The notes under the pieces are model-generated. The model made no database searches. It worked only from the letters and a program-made list of their open reading frames with translations, and was not told the DNA's origin. A stretch of DNA of 63,398 nt, filler included, from Reticulomyxa filosa (lineage: Eukaryota > Protista > Foraminifera): NCBI GenBank assembly GCA_000512085.1. It is 28 parts of 28 records of this genome, joined end to end, with 100 filler letters (N's around TTAATTAATTAA, not from the genome) between each part and the next. Parts side by side here need not be neighbours in the genome. Positions count along the whole stretch, not along the records: positions 59,803 to 61,948 come from ASPP01039629.1; positions 62,049 to 63,398 come from ASPP01018868.1; 26 more parts are not named here. One strand, given 5' to 3'. Below, in pieces: positions 61,873 through 63,398 of this stretch. The translations under genes and the position numbers were made by a program. Position 1 is the first letter of the stretch; every line of letters begins with the position of its first letter.

Positions 61873-63398
61873 GTGCAAAGCTTTATAAATTATTTTTTTT
61901 TTTAATCTCTTTATATACATATATACGTATACACATATACGTATACATNNNNNNNNNNNNNNNNNNNNNNNNNNNNNNNNNNNNNNNNNNNNTTAATTAA
62001 TTAANNNNNNNNNNNNNNNNNNNNNNNNNNNNNNNNNNNNNNNNNNNNAAAAAATTAGGTCTGAATGTTGTTTTTTCATGTAGAAAATCATCTCTATAAG
62101 GTAGCATTTCGGTTGTTCGTTTCCTCGCTGCATAACAATAAATTTTTCATTGCGCTTGTTTTGACACTACAACAATTTCAAAAAATTCCCAAGTCTGTTT
62201 ACAACAATTTATTTTCTTTTTGATAAATTATTGTAATTCGTTTTAAGAAATATTTTTTAAATAAATACGAAACTCGAGGCAGCGCATGTTGCTAAGTTTT
62301 ATTTTCTTTTTCTTGTTTGTCGGTCAATGTTGCAATCTACTACTTGGAGAGAAGCAAAAGTTTACCAAGATACGCAATTTTTGTGATGTTATGTGTCTGT
62401 TAACAAAATTATTAATTTTTGTTTGTTGTTGCAGATAATTTAAAATTCTTTTCATAGTAATAAACTTAAAAATTTAAAAAACACTGATGAGCTTAATCAC
62501 AATATAACTTTATAAATCAAACAACATAATACATGATCACGTTTTTGCTGTAAAGTATTTATGAGCTTATGAATCTCGTACTTAAAAAATGCATAACATT
62601 TTCAATAAAAAAAACAATAAAATTCATCATTTTAAAACACCACTTTATTGACTTGTGTGATATTTAGTCTTGGAGTACTGTAATGAATGATGAGTCAAGA
62701 ACTAATGGCTTATGAAAGGAATTAAGTATTGATAAAAAATGAAAATGTGTCAAAAAATTAGAAATGACCAAACCAGTTTGTGACTACATACAAATTAATT
62801 TTATGTACATTGATGACGTTTTGTTGTGATGTTTTGATGATTTGCGGTATTTTGTAACGTCAATTTTGTTTTTGTTTTTTTTTTTGTTCATTGTTTATTT
62901 GCATGTATTGTTGGTGCTTTTATTGCAGGCTGCATTGATTATTTTTTTTATAGTGTATTTTGTGTTAGATGTGGAATTTTTGTTTGTTGTATTTGATGCA
63001 AGGAAAATTATTGAGTTGCTACTTAAGCATTGTTGCTTTTTGAATTTTTGTCGAATATATTTGTAATGCTTTAATTATTTTTGTGTTTTTGTGGTTATTT
63101 CCTTTGCTTTTTGTTTGCGCTATCATATTTATCTACTTAATTTCCACTGTTAATGTCATTTTTAGTTTTAGTTAATTTAGCATTGCTACAATTTGATTTT
63201 TTTGTTTGTGTTCATTTCATTTTTTTAACAATCAAAATGGAAAAAAAAGAAAAAATGTAAAATTGTGACCTTCTAAGGATATCGTAGAAAACTACTAATT
63301 AGCAATAGTTCTGTGTAACTACACTTATACAATTTTATATGTCACATTTGACACATAGTTGTATATTTAAAATTAATCTAAAAATTAATTTTTATAAG

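Noticed and set aside
1831-62048. Regularly recurring identical TTAATTAATTAA units, resembling a CRISPR array or repeat family
   Set aside because: Always centred in exactly 44+44 Ns; a synthetic six-frame-stop contig linker.
62842-63066. Hydrophobic 74-aa ORF resembling a membrane protein
   Set aside because: Hydrophobicity follows from a strongly T/G-skewed low-complexity strand; non-ATG start and no homology cues.
1-63398. tRNA, rRNA or CRISPR features
   Set aside because: None recognised by eye. A tRNAscan-SE or Infernal run would be needed to exclude them formally.

Overview
This window is not one contiguous locus. It is 28 short contigs joined by 27 identical artificial 100-bp linkers (N44-TTAATTAATTAA-N44, stops in all six frames), so gene neighbourhoods across linkers mean nothing. 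Nearly all contigs are AT-rich, intron-containing eukaryotic DNA. The heavily expanded WD40 and RING/TRAF-WD40 families and the fragmented assembly with homopolymer errors suggest a foraminiferan such as Reticulomyxa filosa; this is inference, not a database match. Recognisable (mostly partial) genes are a vWA protein, a RanBP2-type zinc finger, an FHA protein, a PDZ protein, VPS13, a MATE transporter, PP1 inhibitor-2, a UBR1-like E3, a RluA-type pseudouridine synthase, CAP-Gly remnants, an atypical Ras, a Ran-binding-domain protein, a membrane-anchored RGS and a Qc-SNARE-motif protein. There are also WD40 genes and pseudogenes, LINE remnants, and one GC-rich bacterial contig (gltB) that is probably contamination. 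The best candidate for something undescribed is a multi-copy family of R-S-E-clade ADP-ribosyltransferase-like proteins in which Cys replaces the conserved Arg. On two independent contigs these lie next to rapidly decaying WD40 or RING-TRAF-WD40 genes, possibly an innate-immunity or conflict repertoire. All calls come from motif recognition by eye; no searches were run.
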